Assembly: GCF_963921235.1 (NCBI RefSeq)
Contig: NC_086097.1
Span: 232,564,001-232,628,000, forward strand
Direction of reading: 5' to 3'
Origin: Mobula hypostoma
Lineage: Eukaryota
DNA: 64,000 nucleotides
The notes under the pieces: model-generated
What the model was told of the DNA's origin: nothing
Databases searched by the model: none
What the model saw: only the letters and a program-made list of their open reading frames with translations
Made by a program: the position numbers and the translations under genes
Part shown: positions 23,301 to 35,058 of the stretch, one piece after another
Layout: each line of letters begins with the position of its first letter
Position numbering within the stretch: the stretch's first letter is position 1

Positions 23301-26300
23301 GCCGGTTAGCCTAACGTCGGTGGTGGGGAAACTGCTGGAGTCAGTTATCAAGGATGTGATAACAGCACATTTGGAAAGCGGTGAAATGATCGGACAAAGT
23401 CAGCATGGATTTGTGAAAGGAAAATCATGTCTGACGAATCTCATAGAATTTTTTGAGGATGTAACTAGTAGAGTGGATAGGGGAGAACCAGTGGATGTGG
23501 TATATTTGGATTTTCAAAAGGCTTTTGACAAGGTCCCACACAGGAGATTAGTGTGCAAACTTAAAGCACACGGTATTGGGGGTAAGGTATTGGTGTGGGT
23601 GGAGAATTGGTTAGCAGACAGGAAGCAAAGAGTGGGAATAAACGGGACCTTTTCAGAATGGCAGGCGGTGACTAGTGGGGTACCGCAAGGCTCAGTGCTG
23701 GGACCCCAGTTGTTTACAATATATATTAATGACTTGGATGAGGGAATTAAATGCAACATCTCCAAGTTTGCGGATGACACAAAGCTGGGTGGCAGTGTTA
23801 GCAGTGAGGAGGATGCTAAGAGGATGCAGGGTGACTTGGATAGGTTGGGTGAGTGGGCAAACTCATGGCAGATGCAATTTAATGTGGATAAATGTGAAGT
23901 TATCCACTTTGGTGGCAAAAATAGGAAAACAGATTATTATCTGAATGGTGGCCGATTAGGAAAAGGGGAGGTGCAACGAGACCTGGGTGTCATTATACAC
24001 CAGTCATTGAAAGTGGGCATGCAGGTACAGCAGGCGGTGAAAAAGGCGAATGGTATGCTGGCATTTATAGCGAGAGGATTCGAGTACAGGAGCAGGGAGG
24101 TACTACTGCAGTTGTACAAGGCCTTGGTGAGACCACACCTGGAGTATTGTATGCAGTTTTGGTCCCCTAATCTGAGGAAAGACATCTTTGCCATAGAGGG
24201 AGTACAAAGAAGGTTCACCAGATTGATTCCTGGGATGGCAGGTCTTTCATATGAAGAAAGACTGGATGAACTGGGCTTGTACTCGTTGGAATTTAGAAGA
24301 TTGAGGGGGGATCTGATTGAAACGTATAAGATCCTAAAGGGATTGGACAGGCTAGATGCGGGAAGATTGTTCCCGATGTTGGGGAGGTCTAGAACGAGGG
24401 GTCACAGTTTGAGGATAGAGGGGAAGCCTTTTAGGACCGAGGTTAGGAAAAACTTCTTCACACAGAGAGTGGTGAATCTGTGGAATTCTCTGCCACAGCA
24501 AACTGTTGAGGCCAGTTCATTGGCTATGTTTAAAAGGAAGTTAGATATGGCCCTTGTGGCTACAGGGGTCAGGGGGTATGGAGGGAAGGCTGGGTTCTGA
24601 GTTGGATGATCAGCCATGATCATAATAAATGGCGGTGCAGGCTCGAAGGGCCAAATGGCCTACTCTTGCACCTATTTTCTATGTTTCTATGTTTCTATGT
24701 ATTATAACTGCTGTTCCTTTATTGCACACGTTTCTAATTTCCTGTTTAATACCATCTCCGACCTCACTACTACTGTTAGGTGGCCTGTACACAACTCCCA
24801 CCAGCGTTTTCTGCCCCTTAGTGTTACGCAGCTCTATCCATATCGATTCCACATCTTCCCGGCTTATGTCCTTCCTTTCTATTGCGTTAATCTCCTCTTT
24901 AACCAGCAACGCCACCCCACCTCCTTTTCTTTCATGTCTATCCCTCCTGAATATTGAATATTCCTGAAGGTTGAGCTCCCATCCTTGGTCACCCTGGAGC
25001 CATGTCTCTGTGATCCCAACTATATCATAATCATTAATAACAATCTGCACTTTCAATTCATCCACCTTATTACGAATGCTCCTTGCATTGACACACAAAG
25101 CCTTCAGGCGCTCTTTTACAACTCTCTTAGCCCTTATACAATTATGTTGAAAAGTGGCCCTTTTTAATGCTTGCCCTGGATTTGTCGGCCTGCCACTTTT
25201 ACTTTTCTCCTTAGTACTTTTTGCTTCTATCCTCACTTTACACCCCTCTGTCTCTCTGCACTCGTTCCCATCCCCTTGTTGTGAACTAACCTCCTCTCGC
25301 CTAGCCTCTTTAATTTGATTCCCACCCCCCAACCATTCTAGTTTAAAGTCACCTCAGTAGCCCTCGCTAATCTCCCTGCCAGGATATTGGTCCCCCTTGG
25401 ATTCAAGTGTAACCCGTCCTTTTTGTACAGGTCACGCCTGCGCCAGAAGAGGTCCCAATGATCCAAAAACTTGAATCCCTGCCCCCTGCTCCAATCCCTC
25501 AGCCACGCATTTATCCTCCACCTCATCGCATTCCTACCCTCACTGTCGCGTGGCACAGACAGTAATCCCGAGATTACTACCTTTGCGGTCCTTTTTCCTC
25601 AACTCCCTTCCTAGCTCCCTATATTCTCCTTTCAGAACCTCATCCCTTTTCCTACCTATGTCATTGGTACCTATATGTACCACGACCTCTGGCTCCTCAC
25701 CCTCCCACTTCAGGATATCTTGAACACGATCAGAAATATCCCGGACCCTGGCACCAGGGAGGCAAACTACCATCCGGGTCTCTGGACTGCGTCCACAGAA
25801 TCGCCTATCTGACCCCCTTACTATAGAGTCCCCTATCACAACTGCCCTCCTCTTCCTTTCTCTACCCTTCTGAGCTACAGGGCCGGACTCTGTGCCGGAG
25901 GCACGGCCACTGTCGCTTCCCCCGGGTAAGCTGTCCCCCCCCAACAGTACTCAAACAGGAGTACCTATTGTTAAGGGGCACTGCCACCAGGGTACTCTCT
26001 ATTACCTGACTCTTCCCCTTCCCCCTCCTAACCGTGACCCACTTGTCTGCCTCCCGTGGCCCCGGTGTGACCACCTGCCTGCAGCTCCTCTCTATCAACT
26101 CCTCACTCTCCCTGACCAGACGAAGGTCATCGAGCTGCAGCTCCAGTTCCGTAACGCGGTCCCTTAGGAGCTGCATCTCGATGCACTTGGCGCAGATGTA
26201 GACGTCCGGGAGGCTTGGAGACTCCAGGGCCTCCCACATCCGACACCGAGAACAACAAACTGCCCTCACACTCATACTGCCCCTCTCCTCAAATAACAAC

Positions 26301-26653
26301 AGAAAATGAATACCAAACCTCCCTCGCTTCGCCCGCTTCCGCCTAAGCCTGTTGAGCCGAAGACCTTAAGTCTTCACTCTGCTCCCGGCTCACTCCGCTG
26401 CCCGCTGTATGAGGCTCTGTTCCTTTTAAATCTGCCGCGCTGCACTGCCCGACGTCACACGCCTGTGCAGTCCCTCCTCTCTGAACGCTGTTGGAGAAAA
26501 AAAACAACGAAAATTTCAAAAATGTCTTTCTCGGCACTCCCACTCCGACTCTCAGACTTCCTTCTTCGAATCAAACCCGAAGCAGGATTTCTGCCCTTTT
26601 AAATCTGCCGCGCTGCACTGCCCGACGTCACACGCCTGCGCAGTCCCGCCTCT
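20356..26653 (-). mobile_element. Full-length CR1 LINE (5' UTR, ORF1 zinc finger/SGNH esterase, ORF2 APE+RT), inactivated and interrupted at 22846-24700
   Basis: ORF1 26299-25338: CxxC..CxxC, leucine zipper, GDSIVRG, HIGTND, DGLHLN, with two frameshifts. ORF2: CVNARSIRNK, GITETW, VVYRPP, GDFN, then RT 22124-20444; tail at 20356. Confidence 0.95.
22846..24700 (+). mobile_element. 5'-truncated CR1 of the same family, inserted antisense into the host's endonuclease domain; RT frame intact (557 aa)
   Basis: ORF 22927..24600 with FADD motif and (TTTCTATG)n tail. The host peptide TAVI-[M G]-DFNLH is split exactly here. Confidence 0.95.
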
Positions 26654-26726
26654 ATTGTAATCTATTGTGTCAAGAAACCTTCCTGAGCACACCTTTGTCA
26701 ATGCCTTTTATAATCTTATAATCTTA

Positions 26727-27050
26727 TAATCTATTGTGTCAAGAAACCTTCCTGAGCACACCTAACAAACTCCACCCCATCAGAATCCCTTGCTCTAGGA
26801 AGATGCCAATGGATATTTGGAAATTTAAATCTCCCGCCACAACAACTCTGCTATTAATATACCTTTCCAGGATATGTTTCCCTATCTGTTCCTCGATATC
26901 CCTGTTACTATTGGGCAGCCTATAAAAAACACCCAGTTGAGTTATTGACCCCTTCCTGTTCCTATCCTCCACCCATAGAGACTCCGTAGACAATCCCTCC
27001 ATGACGTCCACCTTTTCTGCAGCCGTGACACTATCTCTGATCAACAGTGT
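26727..27050 (-). mobile_element. CR1 endonuclease fragment (displaced 5' part of 28612-30891)
   Basis: ESLWVE..GVFYRLP..VVAGDLNF. Ends just upstream, in CR1 coordinates, of where 28612 begins. Confidence 0.8.
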
Positions 27051-27259
27051 AATTATATTTAAACATTAAATATAAGGAAACCTACATAAATTCTTTACTA
27101 GATTAACTGGTCTACCCAAAGAAAATATTTTCCCCAATATTAATTTAATATTATTTCACTAGAGAATCAATGATACATGGGTTTATGTATTTTCAGGTGA
27201 TTATTAATTTCAAAATTTTAGATGGAACTCGATAAAACTTTAGATCCCTCAGGGATAAA

Positions 27260-28609
27260 GGGGGAAAGCATGCCTGGAGTCAGAGGAGGAAGTGGAGGTC
27301 CTTTGTTTCAGTGTTCACCAGGGAGCGGGACCTTAATGAATGTGAGGTCAGTGTAGAACACAGTGCATACTATTTACTGTGTAACAATGAAGCGCGATGA
27401 GATTAAGAAAGAGGCAGCACTGAAGCTTTTGAAAGTCATTAGAACAAATAAGGCCCCAGGGCCAGATGGGATATACCCCAGGTTACCACGGGGAGCGAGG
27501 AAAGAGATTGCTGAGGCTTTGGAGATGATCTTTGCATCTTTACTGCTTACAGGAGTAGCACCAGAGGATTGGAGGATGGCAAATGATGTAGCTTTGTACA
27601 AGAAGGTTAAGATGATAATCTTGGGAATTATACAGCAGGGAGTCTTATGTCAATGTTGGGCAAACTAATGAAGCATTTGGAGAGGAACAGACTTATTAGG
27701 GACAGTCAACATGGCTTTGTGAGTGGCAAGCCATGCCTTATGAGCATGACTGAATATTTTGAGGATGTAACAAAGCACATTGATGAAGGTAGAGCAGTGG
27801 ATATGATATATATGGATTATAGTATATTATTTGATTAGTTTCCCCATTATAGGCTCATTCAGAAAGTCAGGAGGCATGGGATCCAAGGAAACCCGGCTGT
27901 GTGGATTCAGAATTGGCTTGTCCACAGAAGGCAGAGGGTAGCTGTAGCTGGAGCATGCTCTGACTGGAGGTCGGTGACCAGTAGTGTGCTGCACGGATCA
28001 GTTCTGAGAACTGTGCTCTTTGTGACTCAGATAAGGAAGTAGAAGGATGCAGAAGTAAGTTTGGAGATGACACAAAGGTTGGTGAAGTTGTGAAAAGTGT
28101 AGAAGGTTGTCATGCATTGCAACAGGACATTGACAGGATGCAGAGCTGGGCTGAGAATTGGCAAATGGAGTTCCATCCAGAAAAATGTCAATTGATACAC
28201 TTTGCTAAGAATCCTCCATTAATCTTGTACTTTGCCTTCAAGTTCAACCTTGCAAAGTGAAGGGACAGAGAGATCTTACAGTCCAAGCCTGTAGATCCCT
28301 CAAAATTATCACGTAAGTTGATAGGGTGGTCAAGAAGGCCTACGGTGTGTTGGCCTTGATTAGTTAGGGGATTGAGTTGAAGGGCTATGAGGTAATTTTG
28401 CAGCTCTATAAAACTCTGGTATAACCACACTTGGAGTATTATGTTCATTTCTGGTCACCTCACTATGGAAAAGATGTAGAAGCATTAGAAAAGATGCAGA
28501 AAAAATTTAAAAGAATACTGCCTATTCTAGAGAACATATCTTATGAGGAACAGTAAAGAGAACTGGGGCTTTTCTCTTTGGAACGAAACAAGATGAGAGG
28601 CAACTTGAA
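27260..28609 (+). mobile_element. Old degenerate CR1 ORF2, lacking its 3' end
   Basis: KAPGPDGIYPR, EDWRMAN and DSQHGFV motifs with many stops. Confidence 0.85.
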
Positions 28610-28611
28610 GG

Positions 28612-30891
28612 CCTACAAGAGGAGAGGCTATACTTGACTTGGTATTGGGAAATGAACCTGGTCAGGTGTCAGATCTCTCTATGGGAGAGCATTTTAGAGA
28701 TAGTGATCATAATTCTATCTCCTTTACATAGCATTGGAGAGAGATAGGAACAGACAAGTTAGAGAAACGTTTAATTGGAATAGGGGGAATTATGAGGCAG
28801 GATCTTGGAAGCTTAAGTTGGGAACAGATGTTCTCAGGGAAAGGTACGAAAGAAATGTGGCAAATGTTCAGGGGATATTTGTGTGGAGTTCTGCATAAGT
28901 ACATTCCAATGAGACAGGGAAAGGATGGTAGGATACAGGAACCGTAGTGTACAAAGGCTGTAGTAAATCTAGTCAAGAAGAAAATAAAAGGTTCAGAGAG
29001 CTAGGTAATGTTAGAGATCTAGAAGATTATAAGGCTAGCAGGAAGGAGCTTAAGAAGGAAATTAGGAGAGCCAGAAGGTGCCATGAGAAGGCCTTAGCGG
29101 GCAGGATTAAGGAAAACCCCAAGGCATTCTACAAGTATGTGAAGAGCAAGAGGATAAGATTTGAAAGAATAGGACCAATCAAGTGTGACAGTGGGAAAGT
29201 GTGTATGGAACCGGCGGAAATAGCAGAGGTACTTAATGAATAATTTACTTCAGTATTCACTATGGAAAAGGATCTTGGTGATTGTAGTGATGACTTGCAG
29301 AGGACTGAAAAGCTTGAGCATGTAGATATTAAGAAAGAGGATGTGCTGGAGCTTTTGGAAAGCATCAAGTTGGATAAGTCGCCAGGACCGATGAGATGCA
29401 CCCCAGCCTACTATGGGAGGCAAGGGAGGAGATTGCTGAGCCTCTGGCAATGATCTTTGCATCATCAAAGGGGACAGGAGAGGTTCTGGAGGATTGGAGG
29501 GTTGTGGATGTTGTTCCCTTATTCAAGAAAGGGAGTAAGGATAGCCCAGGAAATTATAGACCAGTGAGTCTTACTTCAGTGATTGGTAAGTTGATGGAGA
29601 AGATCCTGAGAGGCAGGATTTATGAACATTTGGAGAGGTATAATATGATTAGGAATAGTCAGCATGGCTTTGTCAAGGGCAGGGCCTTACGAGCCTGATT
29701 GAATTTTTTGAGGATGTGACTAAACACATTGATGAAGGTAGAGCAGTAGATGTAGTGTATATGCATTTCAGCAAGGCATTTGATAAAGGTACCTCATGCA
29801 AGGCTTATTGAGAAAGTAAGGAGGCATGGGATCCAAACAGAAGGCAAAGAGTGGTTGTAGACGGGTCATATTCTGCATGAAGGTCGGTGACCAGTGGTCT
29901 ACCTCAGGGATCTGTTCTGGGACCCTTACTCTTCGTGATTTTGATAAATGATCTAGATGAGGAAGTGGAGGGATGGGTTAGTAAGTTTGCTGATGACACA
30001 AAGGTTGGGAGTGTTATGAATAGTATGGAGGGCTGTTAGAGGTTACAGCGGGACATTGATAGGATGCAAAACTGGGCTGAGAAGTGGCAGATGGAGTTCC
30101 ACCCAGATAAGTGTGAGGTGGTTAATTTTGATCGGTCAAATATGATGGCAGAATATGGTATTAATGGTAAGACTCTTGGCAGCGTGGAGGATGTGAAAGA
30201 TCTTGGGGGTCTGAGTCCATAGGATACTCAAAGCTGCTACACAGGTTGACTCTGTGGTTAAGAAGGAGTATTGGTCTTCATCAATCGTGAAATTGAATTT
30301 AGGAGCCGAGAAGTTATGTTGCAGCTATATAGGACCCTGGTCAGACCCCACTTGGACTACTGTGCTCAGTTCTGGTCGTCTCACTACAGGAAGGATGTGG
30401 AAACCATAGAAAGGGTGCAGAGGATATTTACAAGGATGTTCCCTGGATTGGGGAGCATGCCTTATGAGAATAGGTTGAGTGAACTCAGTCTTTTCTCCTT
30501 GGAGCGACGTAGGATGAGAGGTGACCCGATACAGGTGTATAAGATGATGAGGGGCATTGATCGTGTGGATAGTCAGAGGCCTTTTCCCAGGGCTGAAATG
30601 GCTGCCACAAGAGGGCACTGGTTTAAGGTGCTTGGGAGTAGATACAGAGGAGATGTTGGGGTAAGTTTTTTACACAGAGAGTGGTGAGTGCGTGGAATGG
30701 GCTGCCGGCAACGGTGGTGGAGGCGGAAACAATAGGGTCTTTTAAGAGACTTTTGGATAGGTACATGGAGCTTAGAAAAATAGAGGACTATGGGTAACCG
30801 TAGTAATTTCTAAGGTAGGGACATGTTTGGCACAATTTTGTGGGCCAAAGGGCCTGTATTGTGCTGTAGGTTTTCTATGTTCTATGTTTCT
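28612..30891 (+). mobile_element. CR1 LINE ORF2 to 3' tail, degenerate
   Basis: KENPKAFYKYV, PGNYRPVSLTS and RT motifs; TTCTATG tail. Confidence 0.92.
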
Positions 30892-31223
30892 AAAAAGCAG
30901 TAGATATACTGAATTTGAGTAGAATCGCGAAATGATGGAAGATATAAAGTCCTAGGATTATAGGTGGGGTATTGGTGATTACATCAGGGGCAAGAGAAAC
31001 CTGTAATACTCCATTCCTCTAAGTGCCAGAGGTTACAGGTTTGAAAAGTGATGCTGAAATATTCTTGGTAAGTTGCTGCAGGGCATTTTGTAAATAGTAT
31101 GCACACTGTTTCCATTTCGATATTTTTGAGATCTTTTAAGTAGTACTCACTATACTGATATATGAATATTTACAGACATCTTGTTAAACTGGGTATTTCT
31201 GAGAGAATGTATCTGTTCTAGTT

Positions 31224-31966
31224 CAGCAGTCCCCAACCACCTGGCCGCAAAGTATGTGCTAGCGGGCCGTGAGGAAATGATATGAGTCAGCTGCACCTTT
31301 CCTCATTCCCTGTCACGCACTGTTGAACCTGAACATAGGGTTGCCAACTGTCCCGTATTTGCCGGGACATCCCGTATATTGGGCTAAATTGGTTTGCCCC
31401 ATACAGGATCGCCCTTGTCCCATATTTCCCCCGCTAAGGTAGAGCATTCCTGTGAAACCTTTTGTGCCGAAATGGCGTAAAGTGAAGAAGCAGTTACCAT
31501 TAATTTATATGGGGAAAAATTTTTGAGCATTCCCAGACCCAAAAAATAACCTACCAAATCATACCAAGTAACACATAAAACCTAAAATAACACTAACATA
31601 TAGTAAAAGCAGGAATGATATGATAAATACACAGCCTATATAAAGTAGAAATAATATATGTACAGTATAGTTGGGAAGATGAAGGCAAACCGATTTGTGG
31701 GGAAAAAATCGGCACTTACGCGCATGCACATGTCACGCATGGTCATGGTAGTCTTCCCTGGGGTAAAGTGTCCCAGGATTTGACTGCTACTTTTGTCCCT
31801 TATTTGGGAGTGAGAAAGTTGGCAACCCTAACTAAAAGACATGTTGACGTGAGTTTAACCCTACTTGGACACCCCCCCCCACCCCCCACCCCCCGGTCGG
31901 CCGGACCACAAGAATATTGTCCATATTAAACTGGTCCGCGGTGCAAAAAAAGCTTGGGGACCCCTG
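31224..31966. mobile_element. Non-autonomous hAT (Charlie-like) element
   Basis: Perfect 8-bp TSD TTCTAGTT (31216-31223, 31967-31974). TIRs CAGCAGTCCCCAA and TTGGGGACCCCTG. Confidence 0.9.
31336..31830. mobile_element. Nested hAT (Tip100-like) non-autonomous element
   Basis: 14-bp TIR TAGGGTTGCCAACT / AGTTGGCAACCCTA, with subterminal GTCCCG/CGGGAC motifs. Confidence 0.8.
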
Positions 31967-32101
31967 TTCTAGTTGCTGTCAAGCTTGTGTTACAGTTAAA
32001 CCCATGTGGGTAAGTGAAAGGGGTAAGGACATTAAGGACAAGGTTTACATCAGTGATGGGTCCAGAAGGCAGGTCTAACTGGTCAGTCTTACCCCGCTAC
32101 A

Positions 32102-33070
32102 CCTACAAGAGGAGAGGCTGTAGTTGATCTAGTATTGGGAAATGTATTTGGTCAGGTGTCAGATCTCTCAGTGGGAGAGCATTTTGGAGACAGTGATCAC
32201 AATTCTATCTCCCTTACCATAGCATTGGAGAGGGATAGGAACAGATGAGTTAGGAAAGTATTTCACTGGAGTAAGGAGAAATATGAGGCTATCTGGCAAG
32301 AACTTGGAAGCATAAATTGGCAACAGGTGTTCTCAGGGAAAGGTACGAAAGAAATGTGGCAAATGTTCAGGGGATATTTGCGTGGAGTTCTGCATAGGTA
32401 CGTTCTAATGAGACAGGGAAAGGATGGTAGGATACAGGAACCGTGGTGTACAAAGGCTGTTGTAAATCTAGTCAAGAAGAAAAGAAGAGCTTACGAAAGG
32501 TTCAAAAAACTAGGTAATGATAGAGATTTAGAAGATAAGGCTAGCAGGAAGGAGCTTAAGAAAGAAGTTAGGAGAGCCAGAAGAGGCCATGAGAAGGCCT
32601 TGACAGACAGCATTCTACATGTATGTGAAGAGCAAGAGGATAAGACATGAGAGAATAGGACCAATCAAGTGAGACAGTGGAAAAGTATGTATGGAACCAG
32701 AGGAGATAGCAGAGGTACTTAATGAGTACTTTGCTTCAGTATTCACTACGGAAAAGGATCTTGGCAATTGTAGCAATGACATGGGGAGCACAGAGAGGGC
32801 ACAAGTTTAAGGTGCTTGGAAGTAGGTATAGAGGAGATGTCAGGGGTAAGTTTTTTTACGCAGAGCGTGGTGAGATCGTGGAATGGGCTGCCGGCGATGG
32901 TGGTGGAGGCGGATACGATAAGGTTTTTTAAGAGGCTCCTGGACAAGTACATGAAGCTCAGATAAATAGAGGGCGATAGGAAACCCCAGGAAATTTCTCA
33001 GGTAAACTAATGTTTGCACAGCTTTGTGGGCTGAAGGGCCTGTATTGTGCTGTAGGTTTTCCGTGTTTCT
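32102..33070 (+). mobile_element. CR1 copy with a large internal deletion
   Basis: Matches 28612-29295, then jumps at ~32785 directly to the RGHKFKVLG 3' segment. Confidence 0.85.
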
Positions 33071-33321
33071 GAATTATATGTCCGGATAGCAGTCACACCT
33101 GAAAGTGTTTTAATTGTAGCCAAGCAATTAATCATTTAACCTAACTCGTGATGCTGAAGTAATGATAACAACTTTAGTTTTATCTTGCTCCTATTGTAGT
33201 GTAGCAGATGTTTTTATTCTTGTCACAATCCCAGAGGACATCTCTTCCATGTGATGTTATTGAACACTCGTGGCTAGCTCATCTTTTAGTTGTTTGCAAA
33301 GCAAAAACATAGGAAATTTGT

Positions 33322-33548
33322 TAGCATGGAGGTTACCGTACAATTACAGTGCCAGTGACCCAGGTTCAATTCCGCTGCTGTCTGTAAGAGGTTTCTACGT
33401 TCTCCCCGTGACTTCATGGGTCTCTTCCGGATACTCTGGTTTCCTCACAAATTTCAAAGACATGGGTTAGTAGGTTAATGGGTATAACTGGGCAGTGCCG
33501 GCTCATTGGGACAGAAGGGGCTATTACTGTGGTGTATTTCTAAATAAA
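33322..33548 (+). mobile_element. V-domain SINE
   Basis: GGTTCAATTCC B-box and GTTCTCCCCGTGAC..GGTTTCCTC V-domain. Confidence 0.7.
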
Positions 33549-33645
33549 TTAACTTATTGAAATAATAATTCTAAATACTTTTTATTAGAGAGTTTTAAAT
33601 GTTCCACGTCATGGTATGCTAACGTTGCATTATTTTTTCCTCAAG

Positions 33646-33724
33646 GTCTGGAAGGGGTAGGAAATTGAGTGGCGATCAAATAACCTTGCCTACCACGGTT
33701 GATTATTCATCTGTTCCTAAACAG
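33646..33724 (+). CDS. EBAG9: EBAG9 coding exon 2 (R-SGRGRKLSGDQITLPTTVDYSSVPKQ)
   Basis: Acceptor ttttttcctcaag|, donor CAG|gtatcc, 79 nt. Phase is compatible with exon 1 and the peptide is a typical EBAG9 segment. Confidence 0.96.
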
Positions 33725-34167
33725 GTATCCATTTTGAAAAATAGTCTCACCCAGAAATAATCTTAATATATTGCTTATATTGCTGTTATTTGGTGTAAAT
33801 GATAGGAATTTGCAAATTAATTTAAATTGACTTTAATAGAAAGAATTTTCCACAGAGCTAAATATTCTTATTTTGGAATCTATGGAAATGTTAATATTTT
33901 TCACAATTATGAATGGTAGTGAATTAATTTTTTGAAGATAAACATGCAGGATGAAGTTGCCTTTGCTAAAATAATGCTTCAGTGAGCACACGTAAGTGAG
34001 TGGTCCAAAGTTCTGTGTTCTATGTTAAAGTGAATAATGCAGATATTTCTTGCACTTTAGCCTTTTGACGGTTCTCTTAATTTGCAAATGAACTTGTGTA
34101 TGGACATTCCTTCTGGAAGAGAAGTCTGAGACTTGATAGAAAAGTATAAAAATTTGAATGTAATGTT

Positions 34168-35058
34168 ACAAGAAAAGGTTTGCGAACCCTTTGCATCTAC
34201 CTGTTTTCTGCATTAATTACTCATAAAATGTGGTCTGGTCTTCATCTAAGTCACAATAATAGATAAACACAATCTGCCTAAACTGATAACACACATACTG
34301 AGTAGACCACTTAAATAATCAGTCTCGGCTACAAAAGCATTTCTAAAGTCCTGAGTGTTCGTCAGTCCACAGTTAGAGAAATTGTCTGCAAGTGGAGGAA
34401 ACTCAGTACCGTTGCTATTTCCCCTAGGAGTGGGCGTTCTGCAAAGATCACACCAAGAGCACAATTTGCAATGCTGAAGGAAGTGAAAAAGAACCCAAGT
34501 ATAACATCAAAAAACCTGCAGAAATTTCTAGAACTTGCTAAAGTCTCTGTTCATGTGTCCACTATAAGAAAAACACTGAACAAGAATGGTGTTCATGGAA
34601 GGACACCACGGAGGAAACCACTGTCCTCCAAAAGAAATATTATTGCATGTCTCAAGTTGGCAAAAGACCACCTGGATGTTCCACAACCGTTCTGGGGCAA
34701 TGTTCTGTGGACAGATGAGACAAAAGTTGAACTTTTTGGCAGAAATGTAAATTGCTGTGTTCGGAGGGAAAAGGGCACCACACTCCAACACCAAAACCTC
34801 ATCCCAATTGTGAAGCACAGTGGAAGGAGCATCGTGGCTTGGGGTTGCTTTGCTGCCGCAGGGCCTGGACAGCTTGCAATCATTGAGGGAAGAATGAACT
34901 CAAAATTGTATCAAGACATTTTATAGGAGAATGTCAGGGTAGCAGTCTGTCACCTGCTGCTTAATACAAGTTGGATGATGCAACAAGACGATGAGTAAAT
35001 CAACAGCAGAATGGTTTTAAAAGAAGAAAGTTTGTGTTTTGGAATGGCTAAGTCAGAA
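34168..35058 (+). mobile_element. Degenerate Tc1 transposon, transposase fragment
   Basis: ORF 34471..34926: GRTPRRKPL, VLWTDETKVELFG, VKHSGRSIVAWGCF. Cut off by a minus-strand V-SINE at ~35062-35160. Confidence 0.9.

Noticed and set aside
22927..24600. 557-aa intact RT as an autonomous or domesticated gene
   Set aside because: 5'-truncated CR1 lacking endonuclease and promoter. The ORF is open because the copy is young.
32102..32120. Two CR1 copies (28612, 32102) starting at the same CCTACAAGAGG position as a truncation hotspot
   Set aside because: 28612 is better explained as an inversion breakpoint, so two cases do not establish a hotspot.
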